From Mycobacteriales bacterium (GTDB taxonomy: Bacteria > Actinomycetota > Actinomycetes > Mycobacteriales > CADCTP01): a DNA stretch of 64,000 nucleotides. Positions 51,401-60,374 of this stretch are shown one piece after another. How positions within the stretch are numbered: position 1 is the stretch's first letter; each line of letters opens with the position of its first letter. The DNA lies in the NCBI GenBank assembly GCA_036519715.1, contig DATDKW010000340.1, positions 30,073-94,072 on the forward strand, read 5' to 3'. The notes below the pieces were generated by a model. That model had not been told where the DNA came from. It did not search any database and was given only the letters and a program-made list of their open reading frames with translations. Position numbers and translations under genes: made by a program.

Positions 51401-53399
51401 TGTCCAGCCCGCGCAGGATCGCCTCGTGGATGCGGTCGTGGCGGAACCGCACCGCATCGTCGGCACCGGGTTCGACCACCAGGACGCCCTCGTCGAAGGC
51501 CGGCGCCAGTAGCTGTCGGACGACCTGGGCCGGTGCGCCGGTCGCCGTCTGCAGCACGGTCACCGTGGCCCGCTCGCCCAGGCAGGCCATCGCCTCCACC
51601 AGCTGCCGGGAGCGCGCCGGCAGGGCCGCACCCGGCAGTGCCAGGCTGCCGGCCTCGGGGCGGTTCAGGCGCAGGCGCACCGCGGCCGGGTCCCAGCGCC
51701 AGTCCGATGCCGTCGCGGTGAGCACGCCGTCGCGGCGCAGGCCGTTGAGCAGTTCCACGGTCTCGTACGGATTCCCGGAGGTGTGCGGTTCGATGACCGC
51801 CACCAGGTCCGCCACCGCGGCGGGGTCCAGGTGCAGCATCTCGGCGACCATGGTGACCAGGCTCGACCCGGACAGGTTGTCCAGTCGCAGGTGCCGCACG
51901 CCGGCCTGCTCCCGCCAGCGGGACAAGGGAGCGGCCAGCGGATCCGCACCGGTGCGGTCGTGCTCGCGGTGGGAGCCCACCAGCAGCAGGCCCTCGATCG
52001 GGTCCTCCTCGAGCAGCAGGTCGATGAAGCCCAGCGGGGTGCGTCCGGCCCACTGCAGGTCGTCGAGGAACAGCACGATCGGTCGACCGGGCGACGCGAC
52101 CGATCGCAGGATCTGCACGCCGTTGCGCTGTCCCCGCGCCTGCGCGGTGAGGGGGTCCCCGGGGTCGGGCGGCACGGCGAGCAGTGCGGCGTACTCCGGG
52201 AGCACCGCGGCCATCAGGCCGGCGTTGGGGCCGAGTGCCGCCCGGATCCGGTCCCGGATCGCGGCCAGCTCGTCCTCCGGCTCGGCCAGCAGCAGCCGGC
52301 TCAGCGTGCGGAACACTTGATAGACCCCGCTGGCCTCCACGTCCCGCCGGTGCTGGTCGAACTTCCCGGCGACGAACCAGCCGCCGGCACGGGTCACCAC
52401 CGGCCGCAGCGCGTCGACCAGGGCGGTCTTGCCCACCCCGGGCGCGCCGCCGACCAGCACCGCCCGGCACCGTCCGGCCAGCGCATCCGCGAACGCCACC
52501 TGCAGCGCGTCCACCTCGGCGTCCCGGCCCACCAGCTGCGACGGTGGCAGCAACCGCAGCGGGGCGTCGTGCTCGCCGACCCGCAGCGGGCCCGGGCCGG
52601 CGCTGAGCCGCTCCAGGTCGTGGAGCAGGCCCTCCGCCGACTGGTAGCGGCGGTCCGGCTCCTTCTCCAGCAGATGCAGGATGATCTCCGACAGCGGCGC
52701 CGGCAGGGCCGGGTTCACCTCCGCCGGCGGCGCCGGCACCCGGGCCAGGTGATCATGGATCAGCCGCAGCGGATCGCCGGAACCGAACGGCGGCCGGCCC
52801 GTGGCCAGCTCGTACAGCGTCGCGCCCACCGCGTACAGGTCGGCGCGCTGGTCGACGGAGCGACCGGTGCGCCCGGTCTGCTCCGGCGCCAGATACGCCA
52901 GCGTGCCGGTGATCTCGGTGTGGTGCAAGAACTCCGGACGGATCTCGGCCAGCGACATCGCCGAACCGAACCCCACCAGAGCCGGCGCGCCGTCCCCGGA
53001 CACCACGATGTTGGCCGGCGCGATGTCCCGGTGCAGCACACCCCGGCGGTGCATCCCCGCCACCGCCCGGGCCAGCGCCGACGCCAGCCCGACCAGGACG
53101 TCGAGGTCCAGCGGCGTCGCCACATCGGCCAGGCTCGTGCCGCCCAGGTCGGCCAGCACGACCGAGCCCCGGTATTGCGGCTCGTCCACCAGCTGAACGA
53201 CCCCCGGAACCCCGCGCACCCGCTCCAGCATCGCCAGCTCGAGCCGCAGCCGGCGCTCCGCCTCCGGCCCCAGGAACTCCTTGCGCACAACGGTACGTCC
53301 CGGCAGGACGACCCGGGTCACACGGGTCCGGCCGGTCGTGCCCAGCGTCTCGGCGGCGCCGTACGGATCTGGGTCGGACTGCACGTCACGGGTGACCAT
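48453..53399 (-). CDS. Multidomain sensor: Ser/Thr-kinase-like domain + P-loop (STAND) NTPase + helical repeats + GAF + HisKA_3/HATPase_c histidine kinase
   Basis: Kinase-like domain at aa 20-265 (VVRKEF, HRDIAPANIVV, LVGFGSA, LAYLAPEQ). Walker A GGAPGVGKTALV near aa 317. GAF-like region near aa 1190-1340. H-box ERDLHDGAQQRL, N-box EALTNTAKHA, G-box DDGRGG...GSGLLGLQDRV. Confidence 0.9.
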   Translation of the reverse strand: MVTRDVQSDPDPYGAAETLGTTGRTRVTRVVLPGRTVVRKEFLGPEAERRLRLELAMLERVRGVPGVVQLVDEPQYRGSVVLADLGGTSLADVATPLDLDVLVGLASALARAVAGMHRRGVLHRDIAPANIVVSGDGAPALVGFGSAMSLAEIRPEFLHHTEITGTLAYLAPEQTGRTGRSVDQRADLYAVGATLYELATGRPPFGSGDPLRLIHDHLARVPAPPAEVNPALPAPLSEIILHLLEKEPDRRYQSAEGLLHDLERLSAGPGPLRVGEHDAPLRLLPPSQLVGRDAEVDALQVAFADALAGRCRAVLVGGAPGVGKTALVDALRPVVTRAGGWFVAGKFDQHRRDVEASGVYQVFRTLSRLLLAEPEDELAAIRDRIRAALGPNAGLMAAVLPEYAALLAVPPDPGDPLTAQARGQRNGVQILRSVASPGRPIVLFLDDLQWAGRTPLGFIDLLLEEDPIEGLLLVGSHREHDRTGADPLAAPLSRWREQAGVRHLRLDNLSGSSLVTMVAEMLHLDPAAVADLVAVIEPHTSGNPYETVELLNGLRRDGVLTATASDWRWDPAAVRLRLNRPEAGSLALPGAALPARSRQLVEAMACLGERATVTVLQTATGAPAQVVRQLLAPAFDEGVLVVEPGADDAVRFRHDRIHEAILRGLDTSRRRQLQLAMARRLAGEPALSAVAAEQYLAVADAIDDPAERQRAEELLRGAAAHARAVTDHALVSTLLGAALRLVDRHRTAALVEIHLERQSALYSLGRLEEADEDYRAVMELGPTAAQRADATAIQVRSLTNRNRFADAVTLGVDLLRELGIAVPAERSPAEIEHQISHLYRWLDHTDTDDELARPEITDPTLLATARLIAALVPVAYFVPDFPLFLWLTLEGPRIWLEHGPSQILIGLTGVAANAATAQHGENYAGGYRALRRVIAVGEARAYEPETSLVRSAFASVACCWFEPIENAVRAAREARQGLIAGGDLAWAGYACQPAVAGLLECAPTLDGYVAEVDASLAFVRRTGNEQTGQWLDSHRWLAEVLRGDGSGGPAAAGDPIPVDRYAGNPAALLYGHIARAIAMAVFDDQAGLAQHAAAAMHLLGAAKGLYPTAIARLLNGLALAERARAAPAAERGELLSELDEMTRWLAARAADAPDNFGHLLRWLEAERGWAVGDFRAAVLAFDAALREVTGRRRPWHRALITERAARFHLAHGADHAGLDLLAQAREAYAVWGADAKVAQLDWAYPTLRPGGTAAGPGNRSADAAGRPPVTTGTLDLLGILSASQALSSETSIERLHARVVEVLSAMTGATGVHLLLWSDDHQDWLPTPGGPVARPDRKLDAPTSVLRYVQRVREPLVVDDATRDDRFARDRYFTGVAGCSLLALPILGRGGLRAVLVLENRLIRGAFTAERLDAVKLIAAQLTVSLDNAQLYAELTASRARIVAAADQTRRRIERDLHDGAQQRLANLALQARLAQEAVPGSGELAARLDAVVAEANRALVELREIARGIHPAALTEGGLRPALGALARRSTVPVDLRLRVDGRLPEPVEVATYFAVAEALTNTAKHADATAVTVTVAVDVDVDDSVLRIRVSDDGRGGADPAGGSGLLGLQDRVEALGGRFSVRTAPDAGTTVEAELPLSRPSTVPA

Positions 53400-53511
53400 C
53401 GGACGCCTCCCCAGCGGTAGGACGTACCGACGCCGTGCCTACGCCAGGTCGACCCGATCGCGCAAGTACCCGACCCCGGGTCGAGCCGTCGTCACCGCGG
53501 GTTCTCGGCGC

Positions 53512-53965
53512 TCACTCCTTCCGGGCCCGCACGCGTCGGATGCGCCGGGAGACGGCACGAACGAAGAACGTGAGCACGACGCCCGCCAGCAGCCACGGCA
53601 GTCCGCCGATGTTCCCCGGGAGTGCCGGCCGGTAGACCTCGAGGACCACGGCGGTGCCGATGATGCCCGCGGCGACGAGCACGGCCGCGGCCAGCCGGTC
53701 GACCATGCCCTCGAGCCTCGAGATGGCATCCGGGAGGCCCTCCACACGGGCTGTGACCTGCACGTGTCCGTCCTGGACGGCGGCGAGGACCTGTCCGGCG
53801 CGCCCCGGGAGGTCGGCGACCGCGTCGCCGCCTCCACCGCCCACGACGCCACGCGGGCGGCCGCCTGGCCGTGCACCAACCGCTCGACCACGATGTGTCG
53901 CAAGGCCGGGACGAGGACCCGGTCGATGCGTTCCGACCGGGCCCGCTCGGAATGTCGAGCGGCGT
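53512..53965 (-). pseudogene. Possible C-terminal remnant of an ABC1/UbiB-family kinase (no start codon, one apparent frameshift); could instead be a small membrane protein
   Basis: Two adjoining frames both look coding: ...IDRVLVPALRHIVVERLVHGQAAARVASWAVEAA, then after a frame change DAVADLPGRAGQVLAAVQDGHVQVTARVEGLPDAISRLEGMVDRLAAAVLVAAGIIGTAVVLEVY...RRIRRVRARKE*. This pattern recalls the C-terminal tail of ABC1 kinases. Confidence 0.3.
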
Positions 53966-54484
53966 TCAGCGGAAGCCTTCGCTCTGGATGTCCTCGCTGG
54001 CGACGCGGACGCCGTAGTGGTAGGCGAGCTTGCCGCCGAGCCCTCCTGAGACGCTGACCAGCGCCAGCCCGACCAGGCTGAGGATGAAGCCGGTGGTGCT
54101 GGCCTCCTGCGAACCCTGCGACGCGCGGACGGCGAAGCCGATGACGAACAGCACGACCACAACGAGGTTGAGCGTCATGTGCATCAGCCCGGTGCGGAAG
54201 GCCTTCGTGCCACGCGGGATGGCGAGCAGGTCCATCAGCCCGAACAAGGCGGCGAGCACCGCGCCGAGGATGCCGATGCCGATCAGCCAGTAGGCGCCTT
54301 CGGCGAACGCGGCCTCCTTCTCGTCGCTGACCAGCGCGACGACGTCGAACACGGCACTGGCGATCCAGGTCCCGATCGGGATGGTGACCAGCAACGGATG
54401 GAACGGATGACCGTACGGTCCGGCGAGAATGGTCTTCGGTTGCTTGGCGCGATACAACGCGTCGGTGTGCCGCGTGCCCGTCAT
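53966..54484 (-). CDS. DUF2231-type integral membrane protein
   Basis: GHPFHPLLVTIPIGTWIASAVFD, LIGIGILGAVLAALFGLMD, and four transmembrane segments ending GGKLAYHYGV. Confidence 0.75.
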   Translation of the reverse strand: MTGTRHTDALYRAKQPKTILAGPYGHPFHPLLVTIPIGTWIASAVFDVVALVSDEKEAAFAEGAYWLIGIGILGAVLAALFGLMDLLAIPRGTKAFRTGLMHMTLNLVVVVLFVIGFAVRASQGSQEASTTGFILSLVGLALVSVSGGLGGKLAYHYGVRVASEDIQSEGFR

Positions 54485-54687
54485 GGTTCCTCCTCGGAAC
54501 GGAAAGGGCTGACTCCGACGTGCGGACGGAGCCGGCCGGCCTGGCCGGCACTCCTTCGTGGACAGTCGGGACGTCCTCGGCGGGGAGACACCGGGACACC
54601 CAGCAAGCGTGGTCGGGGTCGGCCGCCCTTGTCTGCCCGGTCAGCCGGGGATGGGTGGCCATGCCACCGGGAGCGGCCGGGTTCCAG

Positions 54688-56055
54688 CTAGCCGCCATCC
54701 GCCGCCTCGACCCGGGGTCGTCCTGCCGCCGGGCCGACGCCGGTCCCACCCGCCGGTGAGCCGGGGCCCGCCGATGAGCCGGGCTCGGTGCACTCGAGCG
54801 GCACCCGCCCCGAGTCGATCAGGCCGAGTTGAACCGCCCGCGGAGGCATGATCGCGTTGATCGTCCAGTCGGCGGCGGTGCGGGTCCGGTTGCCCGGCAG
54901 CGAGAAGAGGTGGTAGCCGCGGGTGACGGCCTTGGCGGTGAGGCCGGACAGCGGGATGTGCAGCGGGTTCGCGGCCGCCTGGCGCCCACCGAGGTCGACC
55001 AGGAAGCCGAGGTCGTGATGCTCGTAGGTCTCCAGGCGTCGCAGGGCCAGTGACGCCGCCACGTTGCGGGCCACCAGCTTCCCCTGCCGCTGGGCGTGCT
55101 GCGCGGTCATTCCGGTGACCGAACCCGGGCGGGTCACATCAGGCACCGCCGCGCAGTCCCCGCAGGCGAACACGTCCCCGTGGCCGCGTACCTCGAGCGT
55201 CTCGTGCACCTGCAGCCGGCCCCGGTCGGTCGGCACGGACAGCGTGTCGACCAGTGGGTCCGGGCGGACGCCGACGCACCAGATCAGCGACCGGGTGGCG
55301 ATCTCCTCGCCGCTCGTCATGCGCAGGCAGTCGGGACCCGCGTATTCGACCGACTCCCGGACCCGGACGTCCACCCCGCGCCGGCGCAGCACCCGCTCGG
55401 CCGTCGTGGCCATCCGCGGGCTGAGTCCCGGGAGCAGCCCGTCGGCGAGGTCGGCCAGCACCCAGCGCATCCGCTGGTTGCGCAGCGCCGGAAGATGACG
55501 GGCCAGCCGGGTCGTGAACAGCTGGCCCTGGGCGGCGACCTCCGTGCCGGTGTAGCCGGCCCCGACCACGACGAACGTGCACCTCGCCTCCCGCTCGGCG
55601 CGGTCGCCGGTCGCCGCGGCCAGCTCCAGCTGGCGGGTGATGTGATCGCGCAGATAGAGGGCCTCGGCGATGCCCCGGAAGCCGTGCGCGTACTCGGCGA
55701 CCCCCGGGATCGGGAGGAGCTTGTTCACGCTCCCCGCCGTGATGACCAGACGATCGAAGTCCGTGGCGCTGCGCCGGCCCTCGGCGTCGACCCACTCGAC
55801 GCGGTGACCCACGACATCGATCCGGACGACCGTGCCGAGCACCAACCGGACCCTCGGCAGCCGATCGGGCAGGGACACGCAGATCCGGCGCGGCTCCAGG
55901 ATGCCGGCCGCCACCTCCGGCAGCAACGGCAGGTAGAGAAAGTAGTCAGTCGGGTTGATCAGCAGGATCCCGGCATCGGGCGCGTACTTCTGCAGCCCCC
56001 GGGCCGCGTAGTAGCCCGCGAACCCGGCCCCGACGATCACCACACGGGCGGGCAT
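54688..56055 (-). CDS. ndh: Type II NADH dehydrogenase (NDH-2) / FAD-dependent pyridine nucleotide-disulfide oxidoreductase
   Basis: VVIVGAGFAGYYAARGL (first dinucleotide fold), FLYLPLLPEVAAG, VVVGAGYTGTEVAAQ (second fold), VFACGDCAAVPD. Confidence 0.85.
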   Translation of the reverse strand: MPARVVIVGAGFAGYYAARGLQKYAPDAGILLINPTDYFLYLPLLPEVAAGILEPRRICVSLPDRLPRVRLVLGTVVRIDVVGHRVEWVDAEGRRSATDFDRLVITAGSVNKLLPIPGVAEYAHGFRGIAEALYLRDHITRQLELAAATGDRAEREARCTFVVVGAGYTGTEVAAQGQLFTTRLARHLPALRNQRMRWVLADLADGLLPGLSPRMATTAERVLRRRGVDVRVRESVEYAGPDCLRMTSGEEIATRSLIWCVGVRPDPLVDTLSVPTDRGRLQVHETLEVRGHGDVFACGDCAAVPDVTRPGSVTGMTAQHAQRQGKLVARNVAASLALRRLETYEHHDLGFLVDLGGRQAAANPLHIPLSGLTAKAVTRGYHLFSLPGNRTRTAADWTINAIMPPRAVQLGLIDSGRVPLECTEPGSSAGPGSPAGGTGVGPAAGRPRVEAADGG

Positions 56056-56292
56056 CGGCGGTCAGCAGCCCGGGCGGCAGCTGTCCAGGGCCATCACCCG
56101 ACCGCTGCACCAGAAGGTCGACTCATCCATGGGCACACGGTCGCGCCGACGAGCGCCCGTTCGACACCGGCACCCCCCGGGGTAGCGCCCGGGGGTTGCC
56201 GGTCCCCGATCACCACATGTGGTGAGGACGGCTCACCACATCGCTCCCTACCTTCCAGCCAGCGGGTCACCGGCCGGAAGGAGGCGAACGAC

Positions 56293-56556
56293 ATGACCGA
56301 CGTACCGAAGGGCTCCAGCCACGGCTCCGGCCGGTACGAGTTCCGGGTCCGCGGCCACCTGGACACCCGCTGGGCCGCCTGGTTCGACGGGCTCTCGCTC
56401 ACCCGGGAGCGCGACGGAACCACCGTCCTCGCCGGCGTGATCGCCGATCAGGCCGCGCTGCACGGGGTTCTGCGCAAGCTCGCCGACCTCGGGCTGCCGC
56501 TGGTCTCCGTGACTCCGGCCGCGGCCGACCCGCCGACCACCACCCATCCTTGCTGA
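56293..56556 (+). CDS. Small hypothetical protein (87 aa)
   Basis: The ATG is preceded by GGAAGGAGG. Sequence: YEFRVRGHLDTRWAAWFDGLSLTRERDGTTVLAGVIADQAALHGVLRKLADLGLPLVSV. I recognise no family. Confidence 0.6.
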   Translation: MTDVPKGSSHGSGRYEFRVRGHLDTRWAAWFDGLSLTRERDGTTVLAGVIADQAALHGVLRKLADLGLPLVSVTPAAADPPTTTHPC

Positions 56557-56576
56557 CCGACCCACAGGAGACCGCC

Positions 56577-57329
56577 ATGTCCACTACCGTGTCCGCCGCC
56601 ACCACCACCCCGACCATGGACGCCGGCCCCAGGCGCCGGATGGGCCCGATGAGGAAGGTCGCCCTCGCCGGCGGCATCGCCTACCTCGTCACGTTCGCCG
56701 CCTCGATACCGCAACTGGCGCTGCTCGCCGACGTCGTCGACGATCCGACCGGCTACATCAGCAGCCCACGGAGCAACGCCGCGGTGCTGTGGGGTTCCTG
56801 GTTGGAGGTCATCACCGCCATCGCCTGCGTGGCGACCGCCGTCGCGCTCTACCCGGTCACCAGGCGGGTCAGCCGGACCGCCGCGATCGGGTTCGTCACC
56901 TCCCGGGTCGTGGAGGCCACGCTCATTCTCGTCGGCGTCCTGAGCCTGCTGTCCGTCGTGACCCTGCAGGACCATTTCGCCGGCGCCACCGGGGCCCAGG
57001 CGGACGCGCTGGGAGTCACCGGTGAGGCGCTGATCGCGATGCGCCAGTGGACCTTCCTGCTGGGACCGGGCCTCATGGCCGGGATCAACGCCCTGTTCCT
57101 GGCCACCGCGATGTACCGGGGGCGGCTGGTCCCCCGCGTCATCCCCGTCATCGGACTCGTCGGAGCGCCCGTCATCCTCATGTCGGCGACCGCGACGATG
57201 TTCGGCGGATGGGATCAGGTCTCCACCGTCGGCGCGCTCTGTGCGCTGCCCGTCGCCGTCTGGGAGTTCTCGCTGGGCGTGTGGCTGACCGTCAAGGGCT
57301 TCACCACGCCGGCCGGCGATCCCCGCTGA
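56577..57329 (+). CDS. DUF4386-type membrane protein
   Basis: ALAGGIAYLVTFAASIP...GSWLEVITAIACVATAVALYPV...GFVTSRVVEATLILVGVLSLL...LGPGLMAGINALFLATAMYRGRLVPR. Confidence 0.7.
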   Translation: MSTTVSAATTTPTMDAGPRRRMGPMRKVALAGGIAYLVTFAASIPQLALLADVVDDPTGYISSPRSNAAVLWGSWLEVITAIACVATAVALYPVTRRVSRTAAIGFVTSRVVEATLILVGVLSLLSVVTLQDHFAGATGAQADALGVTGEALIAMRQWTFLLGPGLMAGINALFLATAMYRGRLVPRVIPVIGLVGAPVILMSATATMFGGWDQVSTVGALCALPVAVWEFSLGVWLTVKGFTTPAGDPR

Positions 57330-57348
57330 CTCGTCCTCGGCGAGCCCG

Positions 57349-60114
57349 TCACCGGCGATGCTGCCCACGCAGCAGGTGCAGTTCCTGCCCCCGCCGTACG
57401 GCAGCGCGGCGGTTGGTCACCCCGAGCTTGGCGTAGATCCGCTTGGTGTGGGTGCGCAGGGTGTTGAGGCTGACGGTGAGCTGCCGGGCGATGTCCGGTC
57501 CGTCGAGGTCGGACGCCAGCAGGCGCAGGACGTCGAGCTCCCGGTCGCTCAGCGGGTCGACCAGCGGCTGAGCGGACGGCGGGCCCTCCGGCCGGGCGGT
57601 CGTGGCGGACAGCAGCCGCCGCAGGTAGCCGCCGGCGGCATGCTCCCGGCGAAGGAGGAGCCGGAGCACCACGGCCATGGGCGGTCCTTCGTCGGCGAAG
57701 ACCCGGATGTGGCCCTCGGGCTCGGCCAGCGTGACGGCCCGGCCGAGTGCGCCCAGCGCGGCGGCCCGCTCGCCCCGGGCGTACTCGGCGAGCGCCTGGA
57801 GCACGAGGACCTCGATGACGGTGCCCCCGCGGCCGCCGTCCTCCGCCGCGGTGAGCAGGCGGCCCAGCAGCCCGGCCGCGTCGTCGAGGTCCGCGCGGGC
57901 GAGCAGCAGCCGGGCCAGGGTGACATGCTCGTACTCGCGCAGGTACGACAGGTCGTCCACAGTGGACAGCTGACGCTCCCGCACCCAGGCGTCCGCGAGC
58001 GCCGGCTCCTGCCGGCGTATCCACAGCCGGGCCCGGACGGCGGGGACGGGACGCACGTCCGGCGAGTAGTCGCCGTCGTAGACGCGGTCCGCCTCGTCGA
58101 TCAGCTGCAGCGCGGCGTCGAGGTCGCCTTCGGCCTCCCGCAACCGGGCCAGGACGAGCCGCGACCGGTACGGGTTCTGCGGCAGCCCGTTGCGCTCCCC
58201 CAAGCGCCGGGCGATGGCGAGCTGCTCGGCCGCACCGGCCAGGTCGTCCCGGTCGACCAGGATCTCCGCGACACCGACGTGCATGTCGGCCGTTCCCCGC
58301 AGCGGACCACCCGGCTGGGCGCCGGCCAGGTCGAGTGCCTGCCGGTAGGTGCTCAGGGCGTCCCCGAGGCGGCCCTGGGTCCGGCGGAGGTGGCCCAGGG
58401 TGACGCTGCAGCCGAGGACGTCGGAGACGAAGCCGACCCTGGCCAGCCCGGCGGCGGACTCGGTGTAGGCGGCGTGCGCACCGGCGAGGTCGCCGCCGGC
58501 CCAGGACGCCAGCCCGGCCAGCGCGCCGGCGGCGGCCCGGACGAGCTCATTACCGGCCGGAGCGAGGGCCAGCGCCTTCCCGGCCCGCGCGACGGTGACG
58601 TCGAGCTCGCCGTGGAACAGCGCGAGCGCCGCCCGGTACATCTCGATCGTGGCCGGAAGAGCCCGGTACCCGTCCTCGTCCACGACGACCAGGCCGGGCG
58701 GCGGCCGCTCGGGCCAGGAGCCGCCCGGCGGGCGCAGTGACCGCTCGATGGCGGACAGCCGCTGGTCGACCGTGGCAAAGTCCGACATCTGGGCCAGGGT
58801 GCCGACGAAGGCGACCCCCAGCACCGGCCGGCGCCGCAGCACGTCGTCCGGCAGCTCCCGTACCCACCGGGCGAGCTCGGCTTCGCGCCGTTCCCGGCGC
58901 AGCGCCGGGATGGTGAGCTCCATGAGATCCGCGGCACCGTCGAGGTCGCCGCCGGCCAGCGCGTGCCGGACGGCGGCGGCCGGGTCGCCGTGGTCCCGGA
59001 GCCAGACGCCGGCCCGCCGGTGCAGCTCGGGAACCCGGGTCGGCTGCTGCTGCAGCAGATGCGCACGCAGCACGTCGGCGAACAGGTGGTGGTAGCGATA
59101 CCACCGCCGGGCATCGTCGAGCGGGACGAGGAACAGGTTGGCCCGCTCGAGCGCGACCAGTCGGGCCGCGCCCCCGTCCTGACCGGTGACGGCATCGCAC
59201 AAGGGGCCGCTGAGCCGTTCCAGTATCGAGGTGCTGAGCAGGAAGTCGCGGACGTCGGCCGGCTGTCGCGTCAGCACCTCCTCGGCCAGGTAGTCCACGA
59301 CGAACCGGTCATCACCGGCGAACGCGGCCACCACCGCGCCGGGGTCCTGGCGGTCCTGCAAGGACAGACCCGCGAGTTGGAGGGCGGCCGCCCATCCTTC
59401 CGTACGCTCGGCCAGGGTGGTGACGTCATCGGCGGCCAGCGACAGACCCATCGGTCCGGCGAGGAAGGCGGCGGCCTCCTCCGCGGTGAACCGGAGGTCG
59501 GCCGCACGGATCTCCACCAGCTCACCGCGCACGCGGAGCCGGGCCAGCGGCAGCGGCGGGTCGGCGCGGGTGGCGAGGACGAGGTGGACATGTTCCGGGA
59601 GGTGATCGAGGAGGAACGCCATCCCGTCGTGGACGTCCCGCGACTCGATGAGGTGGTAGTCGTCCAGCACCAGCACGACGTCGCACGGCAGCCGTTGCAG
59701 GTCGTTCAGGAGGCTGACGAGAACCGCGTCGGTCGAGGGCTGGGAGGACCGCAGCAGGCTCAGGGCCGTCGTGCCGACCGCGTCCGCGGCCTCGCCCCCG
59801 CTGTCGATCGCCTCCCGCAGCGCCGTGGCGACGTACGTCCAGAAGATGCGCTGGTCGTCATCGCGGTCGTCCAGCGAGACCCACGCCACCGCCGGGCGTT
59901 CGGCAGGCGCCTGCTCGGCGACCTGTGCCACCCAGTGGGACAGCAAGGTCGTCTTGCCGAACCCGGCCGGCGCGGACACCAGAGTCAGCCGCGACCGTAC
60001 GGTCCGGCCCAGCCGCTCACTCAACCGAGGCCGCAAGACCCACTCCTGGCGGCGGCGGGGAACCCGGGTCTTGGCCATCAGCAACGGATCTCCCACGCCC
60101 GTCACCTCCAGCAC
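57349..60114 (-). CDS. MalT-type LuxR-family (LAL) ATP-dependent transcriptional regulator
   Basis: KTRVPRRRQEWVLRPRL, Walker A VSAPAGFGKTTLL, Walker B VLVLDDYHLI, TPR-like repeats, and a C-terminal LuxR HTH (LSDRELDVLRLLASDLDGPDIARQLTVSLNTLRTHTKRIYAKLGVTNRRAAV). Confidence 0.9.
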   Translation of the reverse strand: MLEVTGVGDPLLMAKTRVPRRRQEWVLRPRLSERLGRTVRSRLTLVSAPAGFGKTTLLSHWVAQVAEQAPAERPAVAWVSLDDRDDDQRIFWTYVATALREAIDSGGEAADAVGTTALSLLRSSQPSTDAVLVSLLNDLQRLPCDVVLVLDDYHLIESRDVHDGMAFLLDHLPEHVHLVLATRADPPLPLARLRVRGELVEIRAADLRFTAEEAAAFLAGPMGLSLAADDVTTLAERTEGWAAALQLAGLSLQDRQDPGAVVAAFAGDDRFVVDYLAEEVLTRQPADVRDFLLSTSILERLSGPLCDAVTGQDGGAARLVALERANLFLVPLDDARRWYRYHHLFADVLRAHLLQQQPTRVPELHRRAGVWLRDHGDPAAAVRHALAGGDLDGAADLMELTIPALRRERREAELARWVRELPDDVLRRRPVLGVAFVGTLAQMSDFATVDQRLSAIERSLRPPGGSWPERPPPGLVVVDEDGYRALPATIEMYRAALALFHGELDVTVARAGKALALAPAGNELVRAAAGALAGLASWAGGDLAGAHAAYTESAAGLARVGFVSDVLGCSVTLGHLRRTQGRLGDALSTYRQALDLAGAQPGGPLRGTADMHVGVAEILVDRDDLAGAAEQLAIARRLGERNGLPQNPYRSRLVLARLREAEGDLDAALQLIDEADRVYDGDYSPDVRPVPAVRARLWIRRQEPALADAWVRERQLSTVDDLSYLREYEHVTLARLLLARADLDDAAGLLGRLLTAAEDGGRGGTVIEVLVLQALAEYARGERAAALGALGRAVTLAEPEGHIRVFADEGPPMAVVLRLLLRREHAAGGYLRRLLSATTARPEGPPSAQPLVDPLSDRELDVLRLLASDLDGPDIARQLTVSLNTLRTHTKRIYAKLGVTNRRAAVRRGQELHLLRGQHRR

Positions 60115-60374
60115 CGTTCCGGCGTCCTATGCCCTGCGCGGACAACGACCCATCCTCGCGCACGTGGCGGTCCTGGTCGGCGACGTCGCAGCCGAAGATC
60201 GGGCTGCTCGGCGAGGCGGAGCAGAATGTGGCCGTAGTCGGTGAGGAAGGTCCACTCGGATTCGACCACGAGCCGTGATATCCCCGGAGGTCCGACTTGT
60301 GCGTAGCATCGTGCCCGGCGGTGTCCCGGGCGGCGGGCATCGCCCCATCACCCCCGACCGGGCAGAGGGCAGGC

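Noticed and set aside
60115-60374. TAGCAT (a TANNNT-type -10 candidate) in the LAL/heliorhodopsin divergent intergenic region
   Set aside because: No matching -35 element occurs at appropriate spacing. Any call would be too speculative without transcription start data.
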